A stretch of 64,000 nt of DNA from Hormiphora californensis. Taxonomy: Eukaryota > Animalia > Ctenophora. A model generated the notes under the pieces. It was not told the DNA's origin, ran no database searches, and saw only the letters and a program-made list of their open reading frames with translations. A program made the translations under genes and the position numbers. Within the stretch, counting starts at the first letter, position 1, and every line of letters starts with the position of its first letter. Where the stretch lies: assembly GCA_020137815.1 (NCBI GenBank), contig CM035355.1:806001-870000 (forward strand). Direction: 5' to 3'. Of the stretch, positions 58,464-64,000 are shown piece by piece.

Positions 58464-60699
58464 TTTTCTCTCTTTCTCTCTCTCACTCTCTCTCTTTTCT
58501 TTCTTTCTCTATTTCCCTCTGTCTCGCATGCAATTACACCCCGCATATACACATACAGTGTGCATGTTTAGTGTACAAATACGAAAATCTTTCCCCTTCC
58601 TTTTTCCCCCCCTTTTCTCCTCTCTCTAATCCCCTCTCTTTACTCTCCCACTCCTCCCCCTTCTCTCTCTCTTCTCCTCTTTAGCACCTATTATTTTTAT
58701 TATCTTCCCTCTCTTCTGTGTTAAGAGCTGTCGAGAGTGATAAAATGGGCATGAGACGTTGCGAGAAGGATAGAAAAAAGATAGTGAGAAAGATAGAAAA
58801 TGCTGTCAGCTTCCGGAAGGTCTGATCAAGAGTTTTTAAAATGAAAGGTCTTTTGATCGAACTTAGTCATGATAATGACTAATAGAATGAACACACATGT
58901 GTGTGAGACCGATTTATCAAGATGACGTCATAGCGTTCTATTACATTACAGTTCTCTCCAGCTCCCCCTCCCCGCACCCCCCCTCTACATAATTCAATCA
59001 GAAACTTCATCTGTCTGTTCCTGAATGCCGCGTGGGATGAGTTTAGATCACGATCCTCTTTTATTTGTGCACATCTATCACTTTTATAAAGGAGCCAAAA
59101 TCAAAGACAGAAACTATATAAACTTAAAATATTATGGCGGCTTCAGTGTCCGATTCGGCTAGCAGTAGAGAAACGCTCCAGAGTTGAGGTTGGGTATTGG
59201 GCGTGAGGTGCAGTCTACTGCTGTGTATGTTTATTTTCTATGCAAACACACTATAGAAACATCGGGGTGGTACAGCCTATTTTCACTAACGTGTAAAGTG
59301 TGAACTCAGTCCAAAATAAGAGGATACGGGTTGTTTTACTAGTTTTGATGAAGGATGGAGTCTTCACCCCCTTACGGACAATGGGTTATATGGACGGTCA
59401 TAGTTTGATTCGAACAGATTGTCACGTACTATGGTCACGTGTTGCAAACAGAGCAATATTATTGGTCCACCAGCTAGTCACGTGACTTGATTCCTGTCTG
59501 TTATTGGTCAATACGGGCTTCTCTCTCAACAATGCTCAAGATTAAAAAGTAAAGAACGATAGGAGGGAGGAGGAAGTCGAGTTTGGGGAGAGTTGAGTGT
59601 AATTGGGAGGGCTTTGAAAGGGCCCCTCATATCTTTTATCTTTGCCTGGGGGTCTGGAAAAAAAAGAACCAAAACGGGCAGGGGGAAACTTTAAAAAGGG
59701 GTTGCGTTAGACTCCTAATCAAAACTCTCTCTCTCTCTCTCCCTTTCCCCCTCTTTCTTCCCCTCTCTCCTTACCTATCTCTCTCACACTTAATCCCCGG
59801 TACAGTTGTACCACACTTCAAAAATTAAAGGCCAAGAACCGGGATTTAACCACTTCAAAAATGGGGCCCCAAGGGGGTTTTAAAAAAACCGTAAGACGGG
59901 AAAATGGGAAGGGGGGATAGAAAAAAAAAGAAGAAGTGATAATTCGCTCCAAGACCCCAAAAAAAGAGCGCAAAAAAAAAGGACCCAAATCCCTTTAAGA
60001 GGAATTTAGAGACAAGGACAGCTGAAGGGCCAGAAAAAACCCCAACCCTCCCGCTTTTTAAAAGTTGTTTGTTTGGGTGTAGTTTTGTGTTAATTTTTTC
60101 ATGGCGTTTTTTTGGTAAAAATTGGCTCTGAGTAAGGGAGCTGAGAGATCATTATAAATTTTTGGGAATTCCCCCCCTTTTTTCCTTTTTTTCCCCTTTT
60201 TTTTTTCCAAAATCCTCTACCCTTATCCCCTCTCTTCTTTTCCTTTTCTTCCTCTCTTCTTCTCCCCTCTCCTTTTTTCCCCCTCTCTCTCTTCTCTTCT
60301 TTCTCGCCTTTCCCGGGTCTTCTCTTCTCTATCCTCAATAAACCCTTCCCAACCCCCCAGATGACGAACCCCCTGGGTGGCTAAGATACAGTCAGAACAA
60401 AGGGGAGGAGAGTTGACATCAGTACTCGACTGAACAGAGGGGGCCCCCAAAACCCAGTGGGAACTGAACTGAACTGGAAAATTGGGAACTGAAAATTGCC
60501 GGTTACACTTGCTTTCAGACCGTTTGTTTTAGTTATTTTAGCATTTGCTCCTCATGTTAGTTAACATGCACTCGTCTTTTGCTCTTTTTGCTCGGTAGGG
60601 ATGGGAGGGACAGCAGATCAGCAGGATAGATGAGGAGGGGGGCAGGCGGCAATCCTCTGGTTTTTTGTATTGGATAATAAGGTGATTATAAGTGGTGAA

Positions 60700-61340
60700 T
60701 ATGAATACAGGTGAAAAACTGAAATAGTGAAACGCGTCCTGCATCCATCCTCCCTTACAACCGTCCCTCTGGCCCTCATATACACAATCCAGCAACTCCT
60801 GCTCAGCAAAGGTGACAAGAGATCCAGAAGCGCTCCTTGTTGACACTCCCTCAAGAGAATCCCAAACGGTCCTCCTCCAACGAAAAAAAGTCCAGCAAGA
60901 TCCACATTAGTCCCTGTGTATTCTTGACGCAGTGGACTCCTCCCTTGGTCTTCCTCCAGTCTCATTACCGCTGGCAGAGGCCTATGAGCTATTGGTCGAG
61001 GGGATAGGGCTTCCCGGGGCTGTAGGCCAGAGGTGACGGTTGTAGGTGGTTGAGTTAGTGTGAGTGAGCAGGTATTGTGTCGGCAGATGATATTGGTATT
61101 GGTCCATCTTCAGTCAGTAGCTGAACAGGTCGACCAGTCCTGTCGAAGAGAACAGGTGGGTCCAGATCAGACCAGCCTCCCATCCTAACTCCTGACTGTT
61201 AGTCTCTGCAACACTCTTGACAGCCCTCCTGAAAAGATTCATCCTGAACTTAGCCTCATCTCCAGTGTAGTACTTTCCCTCGACTGCTTCATACTGCGAG
61301 AACAGCCTTCCAAGGGCGCATGGGATATGCGAGGGCATTC
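60700..61340 (-). pseudogene. Papain-family (C1A, cathepsin L-like) cysteine protease, frameshifted or low-quality sequence
   Basis: I29 propeptide-like EGKYYTGDEAKFRMNLFRRAVKSVAETN, then DWRK...VKN.QG, CGSCWTF and EQELLDC...DGCKGGWMQDAF, spread across frames. Confidence 0.7.
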
Positions 61341-62949
61341 GATGGGCAAATGGGATCGGCCGCAGCAGCGATAGGGACCCAGCTACGATGCAAGATAGTC
61401 GTAGGATAGATGTAAGACATGTTGTTTGTAGTAGTTGTTGTGGTTGAGTTCTTGGTCCGTTTGAGGGGGTATTTATACTGTGTCCGCGACCTCTCTCTTA
61501 GCACCTAGCACATCATTGAATCAAATGCCATTGTTAGTTGCTAATTTTCAAAAGTGATTTCATTTGAAAAGTGCTCAGAGCGAGAATTGGGCCACATAAC
61601 TTTACTCTAGTAAATTTTGTGAATAGACACATAACATAAGAGAATATTTAAATCTCTCAGAACGCACCTGGAGCGCATTATTAGAGTCAGCCTTATAGAA
61701 CAGTTTTGTTTTGTTTTCCATTGTTGTGAAGCGCTGGTAAACACCATTAGCACTGGCCTTTGTTCTTCTGAGGGGGTCTAAACAACTTTATATTGAGTAA
61801 AGTCTGTATTTTATTCTCTGACAAATCTAGGTAGTCCAAGAGGGTAACTTATCCTAACCAAATGTATATTTTAGGTACGGGGCGAGTACATAAAGGAGGG
61901 AAATCTTCAGGATGCAATTCTCCAGCTCCAGAAGATAATCGAAAAGGTAATACACATGTAATAGACACGTGAACTCTTGTTTAAAATTCTTCTTCTCGTT
62001 TTCTTGTTCCGATACTTGGCGTCAGTCCAATAAAACAATTGTAGATGGCTGGATTGAGTCGAAGCGCATTTTCAATCACATATTCATTACCACAGTTCAC
62101 ACAATTCAATAGAGAGAGAGAGAGAGAGTGGGCGAGGGTCTTAGGAGAACGAGAAAAGTGGGGGAAAGTGAGAAAGTGAAAGAGAGAGAAAGGGAGAAAG
62201 TAGAGGGAAAAGTGATGGGGGAAGTGGCGGGAAAAAGGGAAAGTGTAGAGGGAACAGTGCTTTCAGAGAGAGGGGAAAGAAAGTGAGGGAAACAGGATTA
62301 GGAAGAAAGGGAAAGAGGAGAAGGATGGAGGAAAGTGAAAGAAGGGTAGGTTATGTAGAGGAAATATGAAAGTTAAGAAGGGAAAGGTGAATGCGTTAGA
62401 TAAAGATGTGTGAACAAAGTGAAACGTGGGGAAAGTGATAACCTAAACGAGAAAGGGAATGAGCGGAAACATCCCAAGTGAAAGAGAGAGTGTGAAAGAC
62501 GAAAGAAAGTGGTGGTGAAATGGAAAGAGAAAGTGCAGGAAGAAATGTGGAAATATGAGATAAGAGGAAGCGAAAGTGTAGAAAGGATAGGGGGGAGGGG
62601 GAAAGATGGAAAGTGAAAAGAGAGAAGAGAGATCGAGAGATGGAGGGGGGAGAGGAGAGAGAGAAATGAGCAAACCGAGTGAGAGAATGAAAAGTATGGC
62701 GATGTTAAAGTTGGTATAAATCTCTGTATACTTTGCTGGAGAGAAAAGGGCCGCAATGTGGCAGTGAAGCTATAAATAATTCAGAGTTCAAAGAAATGAT
62801 TTTGGGGATCGTTCAAACCATTTTACAATTTGGATATTTCTTCCTGCTTTCCCAATTACTCCGTCTATGTCTCTCTTCCTTTCACCGCACACGGCTTTTC
62901 ACAAGACACACTGCTCAACATGTTCCTAGAATCAAATCACGTCCCCTGC

Positions 62950-63790
62950 CGTGGAGTCTCACATGGTCGCAATCCCTGTCTTCTGATTGGTTGGTCAAGT
63001 CACATGGTCACAATCCCTGTCTTCTGATTGGTTATGTTGGAGTCCCATGGTCACAATCCCTGTCTATATCTTGCATGGTTGTGAAGTCCACAGTCACAAT
63101 CCCTGTCTTCTGATTGGTTGGTGGAGTCACATGGTCACAATCCCTGTCTTCTGATTGGTTGGTGGAATGGAGTTGAGTTCACGGTTATAATCCTGTCTTT
63201 GATGGTTGTTGGAGGTCACAATGGTCACAATCCATGTCTTCTGATTGGTTGGTGGAGTCCCATGGTCACAATCCCTGTCTTCTGATTGGTTGTTGGAGTC
63301 CCATGGCCACAATCCCTGTCTTCTGATTGGTTGGTGAAGTCACAGGTCACAATCCCTGTCTTCTGATTGGTTGGTGAAGTCTCACAGGTTACAATCCCTG
63401 TCTTCTGATTGGTTGGTGAATTGGTGAAAGTCAGTCTACTCATGTCACAATCTCTGTCTTCTGATTGGTTGGTGAAGTCACATGGTCACAATCCATGTCT
63501 TCTGATTGGTTGGTTTGGTGGAGGTCAATGATCACACAATCCATGTCTTCTCTGAATTGGTTTTTTTGTTATGGATTGGTTGTTGGATTTCCAATCGATC
63601 ACAATCCCTCTCCTTCTGTGGGGGAGGATTGGTTGGTCAAGTAGTCAACAATAGTGGGGTCACAATCCCTGTCTTCTGATTGGTTGTTGAAGTCACATGT
63701 CACAATCTCGTCCTTCTGATTGGTGGTGATATAAAGAAGTCCCATGGTCACAATCCCGGTCTTCGATTGGTTTTGTGGTTCGACCTCACA
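62950..63790. repeat. Minisatellite, ~39-40 bp unit, decaying toward the window end
   Basis: Repeated CACATGGTCACAATCCCTGTCTTCTGATTGGTTGGTG(G/A)AGT. Confidence 0.9.
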
Positions 63791-64000
63791 TATTGTTTAA
63801 ACCATAGTGAGTGTTTGATTGGTTGTTGGATATTGTTCAAAGCTTTCACATGACTTCTGGTGGGATCGGTGTTTTGAAAAGTGAGAGATTGGGGGGGAGA
63901 TTTGAGGTTTTTAGGTGAAGAGAGAAGAGAGGAAAAGATGATGGAAGGAGGAGGGAGAAGAAGAGATGGATTGGATTTGGAAGGATGTGAGAGGGAGGAA

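Noticed and set aside
59590-64000. Unusual homopolymer-rich sequence and protease frameshifts as real biology
   Set aside because: Inflated homopolymers and progressive decay of the minisatellite suggest low-quality consensus; pseudogene status cannot be decided from this sequence.

Overview
Compact, intron-containing eukaryotic (animal) genomic DNA, most likely a ctenophore. That assignment is an inference: a 42-nt sequence matches my recollection of the ctenophore spliced leader (SL), many start codons have an AG acceptor just upstream, and genes are nested in introns. Genes in order: a Shaker-superfamily Kv subunit (+), ALYREF/THOC4 (-), an MFS transporter (-), ZMYND10 (-), an SDCCAG8-like coiled-coil protein (-), a GMC oxidoreductase (-) whose first intron holds three tandem antisense 7TM/GPCR genes, HDHD5 (-), CCT6 (-), a WD40 protein (+), a WNK-derived pseudokinase (+) and a broken papain-family protease (-) in an error-rich tail. 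About eight non-autonomous DNA elements are present, most with clear TIRs and TSDs. The highlight is a full-length, intact CRE-like non-LTR retrotransposon (PHD-RT-RLE, 41242-44487) inserted antisense in CCT6 intron 3 with an AGTAATG(GT) target-site duplication. Its 5' end is the SL-like sequence, 21 nt before its ATG. This suggests a retroelement that propagates through an SL-capped RNA and may regenerate its own 5' end by trans-splicing. A 2.8-kb tandem duplication repeats its 5' half together with CCT6 exons 4-5. Four +1 frameshifts look like collapsed heterozygous SNPs rather than pseudogenisation.
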